The notes beneath the pieces were generated by a model. That model saw nothing but the letters and a program-made list of their open reading frames with translations, ran no database searches and was not told the origin of the DNA. A stretch of 64,000 nucleotides of DNA from Candidatus Eiseniibacteriota bacterium (GTDB lineage Bacteria > Eisenbacteria > RBG-16-71-46). Within the stretch, counting starts at the first letter, position 1. The number at the start of each line of letters is the position of its first letter. Shown piece by piece: positions 1 to 9,258 of this stretch. Where the stretch lies: assembly GCA_038231135.1 (NCBI GenBank), contig JBBRLX010000012.1, forward strand, positions 32,001 through 96,000. The letters are read 5' to 3'. The position numbers were made by a program, and so were the translations under genes.

Positions 1-1
1 G

Positions 2-163
2 TGGCACCCCAACGCGGCCGCGGAGGAGCTGTTCCCCGGGTGGTGGAACTGCTGGATGGCGACGCTCGACTGGCTCGCGACGCGCAAGGCGTGGGTCACG
101 AGTGCTGCGGCGGTGGCGGAGTGGTGGCGGGAGCGGGAGGGGCGGCAGGGGATGGGAGGCTGA
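2..163 (+). CDS. 3' end of a gene running in from the left edge, probably polysaccharide deacetylase-like (partial)
   Basis: Frame +2 (absent from the ORF track) reads WHPNAAAEELFPGWWNCWMATLDWLATRKAWVTSAAAVAEWWRER...* with stop at 161-163. The WHPN...AW.T..E..EWW pattern resembles C-termini of NodB-type deacetylase-like proteins. Confidence 0.45.
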   Translation, partial: WHPNAAAEELFPGWWNCWMATLDWLATRKAWVTSAAAVAEWWREREGRQGMGG

Positions 164-171
164 GAGGCATT

Positions 172-1200
172 ATGTTGAATGTGCCGACCCAGGGAACCAT
201 TGATCTCAGTCGTCTACCGCATGGCAGCCCATTCTTGCGCAGCTCCGGCGCCATTCTGCCATTCGTGATCTTGCTGCTCACATCCGGCTGTTCACAATCC
301 ACCAAGCCGAGGACGTGTCCTCCATACTACGCACGCGGCTCGGTGGACATCAGCCCCACGTGGTCCCCCGATGCGAAGTTCATCGCGTACGACCGCGGCG
401 TTCACAATGCCCCAGACACCACGGGCGTCTACGTCATCAGCTCGGCCGGTGGAACGCCGACCCTGCTCACGGCGATGCTCTTTTCGACGACCCCCGAACT
501 CGCATGGTCGCCTGACGGCACTCGAATCGCGTTCTACGCCGGAGACATCTGGACGGTGACCGTTCCCGATGCAGCTTTGCGGCGGTGGACATTCAACGCG
601 CCCTACGCCGTCCACCCTGCATGGTCACCGGATGGCCGCTACCTCGCTTATGTCGTCAACGCCAGGGATCCAGCACGGCCGGACAGTGCGTCCGGGCTCC
701 ACATGATCGATACGCGCGATGGAAGCCAGCGTGCGTTGTTGCACAATGGTGTCGCAACGACATGCGAGCGGGTAGCCTGGTCGCCGCTCGGTCACACGAT
801 CGCGTTTGCCGGCTACTCGGCGGGCAAGTCCACGACCGACATCTACACCGTGGCCGTCGATGGAACACAGTTTCATCGTCTGACCGACGTGAACGGGACC
901 GCCAGCGATCCTCAATGGAATTCCGACAGTTCGCTCATTCTTTTCGACTTCGCTCCTGCGCCATGCATTCCATCGCTTTCGACCGATCGTACGACACTGA
1001 GCATTCACTCGGACGGAACCGGCCTCCGCCGATGGCCGGTAAATTTGGGCGACCCGCGCGTTACGTTCGCCTTCCCCTTCGTTCTGAGCCCCGACGGCCA
1101 ACGGGTGGCATTTGTGGGACTCGACGTCACCAAACGCATCGGGGTCATCTGGACGAAGGGCCTTGATGGCAGCGGCCCGAGGCAGATCACGCAGCCGTAG
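172..1200 (+). CDS. TolB-like/PD40 beta-propeller lipoprotein
   Basis: Repeated PxWSPDG motifs (PTWSPDA, LAWSPDG, PAWSPDG, VAWSPLG, LSPDG) and a lipobox-like LLTSGC. Start placed at ATG 172, after the upstream stop; the true start may be later. Confidence 0.75.
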   Translation: MLNVPTQGTIDLSRLPHGSPFLRSSGAILPFVILLLTSGCSQSTKPRTCPPYYARGSVDISPTWSPDAKFIAYDRGVHNAPDTTGVYVISSAGGTPTLLTAMLFSTTPELAWSPDGTRIAFYAGDIWTVTVPDAALRRWTFNAPYAVHPAWSPDGRYLAYVVNARDPARPDSASGLHMIDTRDGSQRALLHNGVATTCERVAWSPLGHTIAFAGYSAGKSTTDIYTVAVDGTQFHRLTDVNGTASDPQWNSDSSLILFDFAPAPCIPSLSTDRTTLSIHSDGTGLRRWPVNLGDPRVTFAFPFVLSPDGQRVAFVGLDVTKRIGVIWTKGLDGSGPRQITQP

Positions 1201-1263
1201 CCACCGTGGACTGGATTGCAACTCGATCTGGACGAAACGTCAATCGCGCCGCAGAATTGAGTC

Positions 1264-2172
1264 ATGAAGGCAACGGGAGCGCCCAAATGGGGGCGCATGC
1301 GATTGTGGTCGGTGCTCGTTTCGGCACTCGCGGCGCTCACGGCGTTCGGAGCCGAAGAGTCCAGGTCATGCTCCTGCGTGGAATCCGATTACGGGTTCCT
1401 GCTGGCAGACAGCACGGAAGTACCCTCCAACCTGGGCGGTGTGCCGTGGTATGGGCCACCGGATGGCACCCCGGACACGTTCCTCCGCCAGGGTCTCGAA
1501 TTCTCGGTGGAACGCAGAGACGGAGCGGAATGGAATCGAGTGGCGTTTAACGTCCGATATCTCGAGGTTTCGCCTGTCGGCTCCCTGCGATCACCTTACG
1601 AGAGCAGCCGGGGCAGTCTGTGGCTCGTCGAGCCTGAACAGGGATTCACACCGGGTTTGGAATATCGCTTTCGCTACCGAGCCAGCAGCCTGACGCAGCG
1701 GGAGAACATCGTGGTTCACGTCGCAGTGTCGTCGCTCACCCCGTTTCGAGGGGAACTCAGGCTTGGATCGAGCGAGTCTCGGGTCGGGCCATTGGGCGTA
1801 TCCTCGCCCAATGGGATGTGCGCTGCGGGCATCTCGGCAGCCAGGAGCGATCTGGAGTTTCAATTGCCTGCAGCCTGGGCGCCGTTTCGGCAATCTTTGC
1901 TGTTCGCAACCAGAGTCGATGACCAATTCTGGCGGCCTGCGGCCGGAATGTGCAAGCTCGTTCCACCCGGGCTGAGCTGGTGCGGAGCTGCTCATGATCG
2001 CGTCTACACGGATTGTGGCGCCACCGATGGAATCATCTACAAGGCGATATTCTCGGAGGCGAGCGTAAAGCTGGACCCTGGACTGCATCGCGTCGAGATG
2101 GTCGCCTGGTTGCCCGGGACCAACCTGGAGATCAGAGAGCATGCGGTCGTGGATCTCGAATGCTCAAGATGA
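1264..2172 (+). CDS. Secreted hypothetical protein
   Basis: 302-aa ORF with an N-terminal hydrophobic signal followed by SCSC and several Cys; no family recognised. Confidence 0.55.
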   Translation: MKATGAPKWGRMRLWSVLVSALAALTAFGAEESRSCSCVESDYGFLLADSTEVPSNLGGVPWYGPPDGTPDTFLRQGLEFSVERRDGAEWNRVAFNVRYLEVSPVGSLRSPYESSRGSLWLVEPEQGFTPGLEYRFRYRASSLTQRENIVVHVAVSSLTPFRGELRLGSSESRVGPLGVSSPNGMCAAGISAARSDLEFQLPAAWAPFRQSLLFATRVDDQFWRPAAGMCKLVPPGLSWCGAAHDRVYTDCGATDGIIYKAIFSEASVKLDPGLHRVEMVAWLPGTNLEIREHAVVDLECSR

Positions 2173-2188
2173 TGAAAAGCTCCGCGCC

Positions 2189-2644
2189 TCACACCCGATG
2201 CATCAGCTGCCGAATCGCCCCCAGGTGATACGCGAGGTGCGCGATCGCGCCCATGCCGGCGCCTTCGTTGACGAACGTCTGCTCCGGCAGCGCCCGCATC
2301 ACTCTCAGGAATTCGATCCGCCCCGCTTCCAGCTCGCGCTGCAGTGCCGCCCATTCCTCGTCGTTGACCTGTTGCGGCGAGAAACTTCCGGGCCAGTCGC
2401 GGGGTCCGCGCACGCCCTGCACCCATTCGGCGCCCACGCGCAGGTGGAAACTCATGTGACGCGCGTGGCCGGCAATGCTGGGATGGCTGTCGAACGACCG
2501 CGAGGCCTGCGCGGCGGTGAGCGAGCGCAGTGTGCTCCGTACGCCCGAGGAGTGATCCAGGTACCGCGTGCCTTCACCGGGGCGCCCGCCGTCGAACGTC
2601 TCCCGGATCAATTCCTCCATCTCGGCGAATACGGCCACGTACAT
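2189..2644 (-). CDS. DinB/YfiT-like four-helix metal-binding protein
   Basis: SIAGHARHM and IAHLAYHLGAIRQ His motifs; GAGG RBS before ATG 2644; 14 nt downstream of the receptor gene. Confidence 0.75.
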   Translation of the reverse strand: MYVAVFAEMEELIRETFDGGRPGEGTRYLDHSSGVRSTLRSLTAAQASRSFDSHPSIAGHARHMSFHLRVGAEWVQGVRGPRDWPGSFSPQQVNDEEWAALQRELEAGRIEFLRVMRALPEQTFVNEGAGMGAIAHLAYHLGAIRQLMHRV

Positions 2645-2658
2645 GGGTTACCTCACAA

Positions 2659-5600
2659 TCAGAATTCCACCCGCACTTCCGCGAGAGCGTTGCGCGTGGC
2701 GGCTGGGATGAACTGCGGGGCGAGGTTCCCCGCCGCATCGTAGTCCATGTAGCCGCCGGTTTCGTAGCGGCGGTCGAACGCATTGAACATCCGCAACGTA
2801 AATTCCACGCGCGCGCCGTTGACCCGCATGCCGTACCCGCCGTTCAGGTCGAGCACGGAATGCGGCGCGATGCTCGCCGCGTCGGTCGCGGTGTTGTCGA
2901 GGAACATGCGGCCGATGCAGCGCCCATCCGCCCCCAAGCGTACTCCGTGGCTCGTCAAGGCTATGGAAAGATTGCCCAACGCGGCGGGAAAGAAGCCGAT
3001 CGTGTTGCCGTCGTAGCGGACCTCGTCGGCGGCGGTGGTGCCGTAGCGCTCCCGGTACTCCACGAAATGGTTGTCGGACAGGGTTGCGTTGGCGTTCACG
3101 GCCAGCGAGATGCCGCCCGCCAGCGCGTGTTGCCCTCGGGCCGCCAGCTCCACGCCCTGGTGCACGGAGCGGGCGGCGTTGCCGAGAATCGGATAGCCGA
3201 GGTCGGTGTCGAACTGCCCCGCGTACACGAGCTCGTCGCGGAACACCATGCGGAACAGGTTGACGGTAAGCGCGGCGCCGGCCGTTTGCCACGCGCCGCC
3301 GAGCTCCCAGTCCTGCACGTGCTCCGGGTGTACGAGCGGAACACGGTACGACTGCCGCAGCGGATCGTGCTGGGCATACAGCGGCACGTTGCCGACGCCC
3401 TCGCCGTCGTACAGATCGCGCAGCGCGGGTTCACGCGCGGCGCTCGACCACGCGGCGAACGCGCTCACGCGCGGCGTTGGGCTCCAGGTCACGCCGAGGC
3501 GCGGCAGCGCGAAGTCGTAGGTCTGATCGAACCGCACACCGTCGAAGCGATCGTCGCGCATCGAGTAGCGCTGATGCCGCCACGCGAGGTCGCCGGTGAC
3601 GCGCACGTCGCTCCGCGCGTTCCATTCCTCGCGAACGTAGGCGCCCGCCGCGAGCGTGCGCGGATGGAAGTCGTAATAGGTGAGGTCGGCCTCGGTCCCG
3701 GGTGGCAGCCCGTTGCCCGATACCACCTGCCCGAAGTGGCGCCCGTCGTGCGCGCGCAACTCGCCGCCCAGCGTGAGTGCCCCGCCCGCGTGCTCCAGCC
3801 GCACGCGCGGCACCCAGCCGTAGTGCTGGTTCTGCACAGTGCGGCGCCGCACGATGTCGGTGCGTTCCAGCAGTCGGCGGCCCTGCGCGTCGGTGACGTA
3901 GGCGCCGGTCGAATCGCGCGCGAAGTAGTCCCCGGGATGTGCAGTGGTGTCGGCGGTGAACCATGGCGCCAGCCGGTAGCCCGCCAGGTCCTGGCCGAAA
4001 CGCTGCTCGTCGTAGTAGCCGCGACCGTCGAACCAGAACAGCGTCTGTGTGAACGCGACCCGGTCGCGCGGCGACCACGAGTGGATCAGCTCGTAGTGCG
4101 GCTCGAAGAAGTGATCGCGCTCGCCGGCGTAGCCGAGCGGATTGAACCTGCGGTCGTCCGACGCGTTACCGGTGAGGCCGCCGTCGAGGTCTTCGCGCGG
4201 GATGCCGAGGTAGGCGAGGTGGGTCTCCTCGGGGCCGCCGTAGAGATTCATGCGCAGCGACTGCCGGCCCTGGAGCCGGCGCACGGACACGGCGTACGAC
4301 CACAGGCGCGTGTCGGACTGGTCGCGATAACCGTTCGTCTCGATACGCGAATAGCGGGCATAGGTGCTCCAGCCGTGCGCGAGCGGGCCCGAGTTCATCT
4401 CGAGCATCAGCCGCCGCGTGTCGTAGGACCCGCCGGACACGCTCGCGGTCATGGCGGGCGTATCCGACATGGGCGCCGTGTCGAGGTTCACGCTGCCGCC
4501 GACCGACGCGGCACCGTACAGCGACGAGCCGACGCCGCGCTGGAGCTGCACCTCGGCGGTCGACGCCAGCAGGTCGGGATGATCGATCCAGTACACCTCG
4601 TGCGACTCGGGGTCGTTGAGCGGCACGCCGTTGATGAGCACGCTGATGCGGCGCTGCGGGAAGCCGCGGATCGAGAGATAGGAGTAGCCGATGCCGTTGC
4701 CGGCATCGGAATAGGCGTAGGCGCCGGGCAGCATCGCGAGCGCCATCGGCGTGTCCTGGCCCCAGTTCGCCGACTTGAGCGCCGCGCGATCGAGCGTGGT
4801 GCGCGCGATCGGCGCCTGCGCGTCGGCGCGCGCGGTGTTCACCACCACCTCGGGCAGCGTGACCACGTGCGACAACGTGTCCGAGGCTGCCGCGCCGCCG
4901 CCCGCGACTGCCGGTGACGTGGAGTCCGCCGCCGCTCGGCTCGCCATGGACGGTGACGCGGAGTCGGCGGCGCGTGCGATGGCGAGCGCCCCGCTCAACG
5001 GTGTCGCGGCCAGCGCGAACGCCACCGCCGCGAGTGCCAGCGGTGCGCCCGACTCCGCGCCCCCGCCGCGACGGCGCTTGTTCACCGCCCAGCCCGCGGC
5101 GAACATCGCGACCGACGCCGCGAGCCCGGGGTAGATCGGCTCCATCCCCAACGGGTACGCCTGCTGCGGATGGAGGTGCTTCGCTACGACCCACGCCAGC
5201 GCGGTCGCGAACGGCACCAGCATCGTGGCGAGCGCCCACGCGCCGCCGCGGCTGCCCACTCCCAGCAGCGCCGAGGCCACCGGCACGAGCAGCGTCGGCG
5301 TGACGACCGACCCGATGTCGTGCCACAGGTCGATCACGCTATGGTTCATCAGCGCCAGACCGGTCGCGAACACGGTCGAGATCGCGAGCCCCAGGCGCGA
5401 GTAGAACGGCACGCGCGAATCGTCGGGGTCGCGGCGCAGGCGCCAGATGAAATCGCGGCCGATCGTGGTCGCAGCGATGAAACCGTAGGAATCGATCGTG
5501 CTCATCACCGTCGCGATCATGCCGAGATAGAAGATCCCCAGCGCCACGTGCGGCAGAGCGACGCGTGCCAGCTCCGGGAACGCATACACCGGGTCCTCGA

Positions 5601-6456
5601 GATGCGGCAGCAGGGCGCGCGCGTACAGGCCGCACGTCGTGGTCATGAAGTCGAACAGCGCCCACCACGCGATCGACCACAGCACGCCGTCGCGCGCCAC
5701 ACGCGGATCGCGCGCGGCGTAGGCGCGCTGCCAGAACCCGGGATCGACGAGCGTCGACAGCGCGATGAAGTACCACACGAAGATCGCCTGCGGCGGGTTG
5801 CCGCCGTTCCAGGTGAAATGCGAGGCGGGCAGTGCACCCGGCGTGAACGGCAACAGCCCGTGACGCGCGACGAGGAACGCCAGCATCATGGCGAAGCCGA
5901 GGAACATCAGCGCGAACTGCACCTGGTCGGTGAACACCACGGTGCGCAGCCCGCCCTTGTCGATGTAGAACATCGACAGCCCCGCAGCCATCACGATGCA
6001 CGGCGCCAGCGCCCAGCCGGTCATCGCCGAGAACAGCGTGCCCAGCACGAGCACGTATGCCGCCGGCGCCGACGACACGAATACCGTGAACGCGCCGAAC
6101 AGCGCGGCGCCGCGCCCGTAGCGGCGGTCGAGCAGGTCGGGCAGCGTGTAGAGCGACGCCACGCGCGCGCGCCGCGCGAACAGCAGCGCGAACAGCAGCG
6201 CACCCACGTAGTACGGCACGCCGAACACGATCCAGTTCGCCACGCCGTAGCGCCACGAATACTCGCCGACGCCCAGGATCCCGCCGTACCACGTGGCCAC
6301 GAGCGTGGCGACGAACGCCGGCAGCGTGACTGCGCGGCCTGCCACCATGTAGTCGAGCGTTCCCGCCCGGCGTCCGCGACCGCGCCACCACACCACGCCG
6401 AGGAACGCGAAATACGCGGCGACCAGACCCCAGTCGAGCATGCTGTTGCTGAACAT
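2659..6456 (-). CDS. Fusion of a sodium:solute symporter (SSS) and a TonB-dependent receptor; putative thiamine or precursor uptake
   Basis: N-terminal ~460 aa carry SSS motifs (DYMVAGR, ATWYGG, TLPDLLDRRYG, GGLRTVVFTDQVQ, FWQRAYAA, ATVMSTIDS). C-terminal ~800 aa carry a TonB box (LPEVVV), plug motifs (LSIRGF, VLINGVPLND, RGVGSSLYGAASVGGSVN) and a terminal VRVEF. No stop between the two parts. AAGGA RBS before ATG 6456. Confidence 0.9.
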   Translation of the reverse strand: MFSNSMLDWGLVAAYFAFLGVVWWRGRGRRAGTLDYMVAGRAVTLPAFVATLVATWYGGILGVGEYSWRYGVANWIVFGVPYYVGALLFALLFARRARVASLYTLPDLLDRRYGRGAALFGAFTVFVSSAPAAYVLVLGTLFSAMTGWALAPCIVMAAGLSMFYIDKGGLRTVVFTDQVQFALMFLGFAMMLAFLVARHGLLPFTPGALPASHFTWNGGNPPQAIFVWYFIALSTLVDPGFWQRAYAARDPRVARDGVLWSIAWWALFDFMTTTCGLYARALLPHLEDPVYAFPELARVALPHVALGIFYLGMIATVMSTIDSYGFIAATTIGRDFIWRLRRDPDDSRVPFYSRLGLAISTVFATGLALMNHSVIDLWHDIGSVVTPTLLVPVASALLGVGSRGGAWALATMLVPFATALAWVVAKHLHPQQAYPLGMEPIYPGLAASVAMFAAGWAVNKRRRGGGAESGAPLALAAVAFALAATPLSGALAIARAADSASPSMASRAAADSTSPAVAGGGAAASDTLSHVVTLPEVVVNTARADAQAPIARTTLDRAALKSANWGQDTPMALAMLPGAYAYSDAGNGIGYSYLSIRGFPQRRISVLINGVPLNDPESHEVYWIDHPDLLASTAEVQLQRGVGSSLYGAASVGGSVNLDTAPMSDTPAMTASVSGGSYDTRRLMLEMNSGPLAHGWSTYARYSRIETNGYRDQSDTRLWSYAVSVRRLQGRQSLRMNLYGGPEETHLAYLGIPREDLDGGLTGNASDDRRFNPLGYAGERDHFFEPHYELIHSWSPRDRVAFTQTLFWFDGRGYYDEQRFGQDLAGYRLAPWFTADTTAHPGDYFARDSTGAYVTDAQGRRLLERTDIVRRRTVQNQHYGWVPRVRLEHAGGALTLGGELRAHDGRHFGQVVSGNGLPPGTEADLTYYDFHPRTLAAGAYVREEWNARSDVRVTGDLAWRHQRYSMRDDRFDGVRFDQTYDFALPRLGVTWSPTPRVSAFAAWSSAAREPALRDLYDGEGVGNVPLYAQHDPLRQSYRVPLVHPEHVQDWELGGAWQTAGAALTVNLFRMVFRDELVYAGQFDTDLGYPILGNAARSVHQGVELAARGQHALAGGISLAVNANATLSDNHFVEYRERYGTTAADEVRYDGNTIGFFPAALGNLSIALTSHGVRLGADGRCIGRMFLDNTATDAASIAPHSVLDLNGGYGMRVNGARVEFTLRMFNAFDRRYETGGYMDYDAAGNLAPQFIPAATRNALAEVRVEF

Positions 6457-6593
6457 GAGCGATCCTTGCGGGAGCGTCTCGTGCGGGAGCGCCGAAGCTC
6501 GATCCGCGTGCCGCGGCGCGTGAGACGCGCCCGCAACGAGACGCCGTCCACGCAGGGACGGCATGAAAACACAGCGGAGAGCTCGTCGGTTTT

Positions 6594-6678
6594 CGCCGTT
6601 TCCCTACGCTGGCTTTATCCAGTTCAGGTTCGAAGGGTGTGCTCTCAGGCCGGCACTTCGCCGACCACCCCTAACGAC
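6594..6678 (-). ncRNA. TPP (thiamine pyrophosphate) riboswitch
   Basis: Minus strand reads CGTCGTTAGGGGTG...CTGAGAGCACACCCTTCGAACCTGAACTGGATAAAGCCAGCGTAGGGAAACGGCG, with the THI-box elements GGGG, CTGAGA, ACCCT, GAACCTGA, GGATAA, CCAGCGTAGGGAA and a P1 helix CGTCGTT/AACGGCG. Confidence 0.93.
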
Positions 6679-6791
6679 GCGTGTTCGCCGTGGAGGCGAA
6701 CGGGCGGCAGCATGCGCTCACGGAGGGATGTGGCGCAAGTCGGCGCGGGATCATCATTGCCGCCGAGGCCCCCGTCGCCTACGGTCCCGCA

Positions 6792-8354
6792 ATGCCGGTC
6801 GCCGACTCGCACCCGCCTGCCTCGCCGCTCGCCGCGCCGCCCCGCACGTACACGCTGCTCCTGACGCTCCTCGGCCTCGCGACACTCGCGCTCCATCTCG
6901 CGAACGCCACCCGCTACGGCTGGTTCCGGGACGAGTTCTATTACCTCATGTGCGGGCGGCGACTCGCCTGGGGTTATGTCGATCATCCGCCGGTCATCGC
7001 GGCGATCGCCGCGTTCACCGAGCGCGTGCTCGGCGGCTCGATCGCCGCCGTGCGACTGCCGGTGGCGCTCGCGCACGCATTGCTGGTCGTGGTCGCCGGG
7101 CTGATGGCGCGCCAGTTCGGCGGTGGCCGCGGGGCGCAGGTGCTGGCCGCGCTCGCGGTGCTGGCGGGGCCGGTCTATCTGGGCGGCGCATCGACGCTCA
7201 ACATGAATCCCATCGACCAGCTGCTGTGGAGCCTGTGCCTGCTCCTGATGGTGCGCGCGTTCGCGACGGACCGTTCGCCGAATTGGCTGCTGTTCGGCCT
7301 GATCGCGGGCATCGGGCTCATGACCAAGCACTCGACGGCGTTCTTTCTCGCCGCCACGCTCGCCGGCATCGTGGTCTCGCCGCAACGCCGGCTGTTGTTC
7401 CGGCGCGGGCCGTGGATGGCGGCTGCGGTCGCGGCGCTCGTCGTGTCGCCGAATATCTACTGGGAAATCCGGCAGCACTGGCCCACGCTCGAGTTCCTGC
7501 GCAACGCGTCGGCACATAAGAACTATGCCGCGTCGCCGCTCGAGTTTCTTTCGGCTCAGGCGCTGATCATCGGGCCGCTCAGCGTGCCGCTCGTGGTCGC
7601 CGGCGTGATCTGGCTGCTGGTGGCGTCGGGGGCGCGGGTGTTCCGCGCGATCGGCTGGGGGTTCGTCGCGATCTTCGCGTTGCTGTTCGCGATGAAGGCC
7701 AAGCACTACTACATGGCGCCGGCCTATCCGGTGGTGTTCGCCGCGGGCGCGGTGGCGCTCGAGCGCATGACGCGGCGACCGATGCTGCGCTGGCTGCTGC
7801 CGGCCTACGCGGTGCTCGTGGTCGCCGGCGGCGTGGCACTCGTTCCGTTCACCGTTCCCCTGCTGTCGCCGCAAGCGATCCACGACTACGCGATGTCGCT
7901 CGGTCTGCGTGAACCGCAGACCGAGCGACATCGCCCCGCGCGCCTGCCACAGACGTTCGCCGACATGTTCGGCTGGGAGGAGCTGGCGGCGACCGTGGGC
8001 CGCGTGTACCACGCGCTGCCCGATTCCGAGCGCCGTCACTGCGCGGTGTTCGCGAGCAACTACGGCGAGGCGGGCGCGCTCGAATGGTTCGGGCCGCGGT
8101 ACGGCCTGCCGCGGATCGTCAGCGGCCACAACAACTACTTTCTGTGGGGACCGCCAGACTCGCTGACGAATGTCGTGATTACGGTGGGGGAGGATTCGAG
8201 CGACGTCGCGAAATCATTGTTCAGCGTGACGCGGGCCGCGACGTTCAGCCATCCATGGAACATGCCCTATGAGAGCGATCTGCCCATCCTGGTCGCGCGC
8301 CGGATGCGCGCGCCGTGGCGCGTGATCTGGCCGCAGACGAAGAAGTACATCTGA
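6792..8354 (+). CDS. ArnT/PMT-like (GT39/GT83) integral membrane glycosyltransferase
   Basis: RYGWFRDEFYY, LAWGYVDHPP, GLMTKHS, KHYYMAPAYP, ADMFGWEE, SGHNNYFLWGP; multiple TM helices. Confidence 0.85.
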   Translation: MPVADSHPPASPLAAPPRTYTLLLTLLGLATLALHLANATRYGWFRDEFYYLMCGRRLAWGYVDHPPVIAAIAAFTERVLGGSIAAVRLPVALAHALLVVVAGLMARQFGGGRGAQVLAALAVLAGPVYLGGASTLNMNPIDQLLWSLCLLLMVRAFATDRSPNWLLFGLIAGIGLMTKHSTAFFLAATLAGIVVSPQRRLLFRRGPWMAAAVAALVVSPNIYWEIRQHWPTLEFLRNASAHKNYAASPLEFLSAQALIIGPLSVPLVVAGVIWLLVASGARVFRAIGWGFVAIFALLFAMKAKHYYMAPAYPVVFAAGAVALERMTRRPMLRWLLPAYAVLVVAGGVALVPFTVPLLSPQAIHDYAMSLGLREPQTERHRPARLPQTFADMFGWEELAATVGRVYHALPDSERRHCAVFASNYGEAGALEWFGPRYGLPRIVSGHNNYFLWGPPDSLTNVVITVGEDSSDVAKSLFSVTRAATFSHPWNMPYESDLPILVARRMRAPWRVIWPQTKKYI

Positions 8355-8365
8355 GTTCGAAACGC

Positions 8366-8395
8366 GAACGGGCCCCACAAATGCAGGGCCCGTTC
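8366..8395 (+). terminator. Stem-loop downstream of the glycosyltransferase (possible terminator)
   Basis: GAACGGGCCC...GGGCCCGTTC 10-bp inverted repeat 11 nt after the stop; no clear U-tract. Confidence 0.45.
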
Positions 8396-8679
8396 CGATG
8401 CTCGGCCGGCACAGGGTAGCCGGCCGTGGTTCAGGCTCCGCGACTCCCCCTTGACGCCCGGAACCCCTCCCACACCTTAGGCTACGGATCGAGCGCTCCC
8501 GACGGATGAGCGATCGATTCGACAGCAGACGCCCTTGTACCGCGCCGCTTCCGGGCGTAACGTCCGGCCGCCGCGTCTCGGTACGGGCCGCCGTGCGCCT
8601 CGCGTTACGAGGCCGGACACCGTCGCCAGGCGCCGGCGGGCTCGTCCAATCGCCCGCCCCGCACGTAGATCCATTGAAC

Positions 8680-9258
8680 ATGAGCGGCAACGAGGTTCAT
8701 GTGGCCCAGCAAGAACTGGACTTCCAGTGCCTGCAACGCACGCAGGCCGGAGACAGCCGGTCGTTGAGCGAGCTCTACGACCGGTATACGCCACTGCTAT
8801 ACCCGGTGGCGCTCCGGATCCTGCGCAGCCCGGCGGATGCCGAGGATGCGGTGCAGGATGCTTGGCTGCAGGTGTGGAAGCGGTCGGCGAGCTACGACCC
8901 GCGGCGCGGAACCGTCGCGGCCTGGCTGCTCACCGTGGTTCGCACCCGGGCGCTCGATCGATATCGCAGCATGGCATCGCGCAATCGAGCCGAGTCCCGC
9001 GTGGACCCGGAGCCGGTGACTCCCCCTGAAGATCCGACGAGTCAGGCGAGCCAGGTGCAGTTGAGTGCACGGGTTCGATCCGCCATGGCGTCGCTGGCTC
9101 CCCAGCAGCGCCAGGTGCTCGAAATCGCCTACTTCGAAGGGCTGTCGCAGAGCGAGATCGCGGAACGATTGAGCGCGCCGCTCGGCACGGTGAAATCGTG
9201 GACCCGGCAGGGCCTGATGCGCCTGCGGGAGCTGCTGCCTCAGGAGGAGTGGGTGTGA
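8680..9258 (+). CDS. ECF RNA polymerase sigma-70 factor (SigK-like)
   Basis: LYDRY, AEDAVQDAWLQVW, YDPRRGTVAAWL, LAPQQRQVLEIAYFEGLSQSEIAERLSAPLGTVKSW. Alternative start GTG 8701 has a GAGG RBS. Confidence 0.92.
   Translation: MSGNEVHVAQQELDFQCLQRTQAGDSRSLSELYDRYTPLLYPVALRILRSPADAEDAVQDAWLQVWKRSASYDPRRGTVAAWLLTVVRTRALDRYRSMASRNRAESRVDPEPVTPPEDPTSQASQVQLSARVRSAMASLAPQQRQVLEIAYFEGLSQSEIAERLSAPLGTVKSWTRQGLMRLRELLPQEEWV

Noticed and set aside
1..171. N-terminal extension of ORF 1..1200
   Set aside because: This stretch is better explained as the 3' end of another gene in frame +2, which stops at 163.
2530..4917. Long antisense or alternative-frame ORFs (this one, and 14714..17125, 21351..23441, 32706..34961, 54148..57798 and others)
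   Set aside because: Typical stop-poor shadows of real genes in high-GC DNA, with no recognisable motifs.
8640..8670. Possible autoregulatory ECF promoter (CCAATC...CGTA)
   Set aside because: The spacer is only ~12 nt, too short, and it cannot be supported without a regulon alignment.
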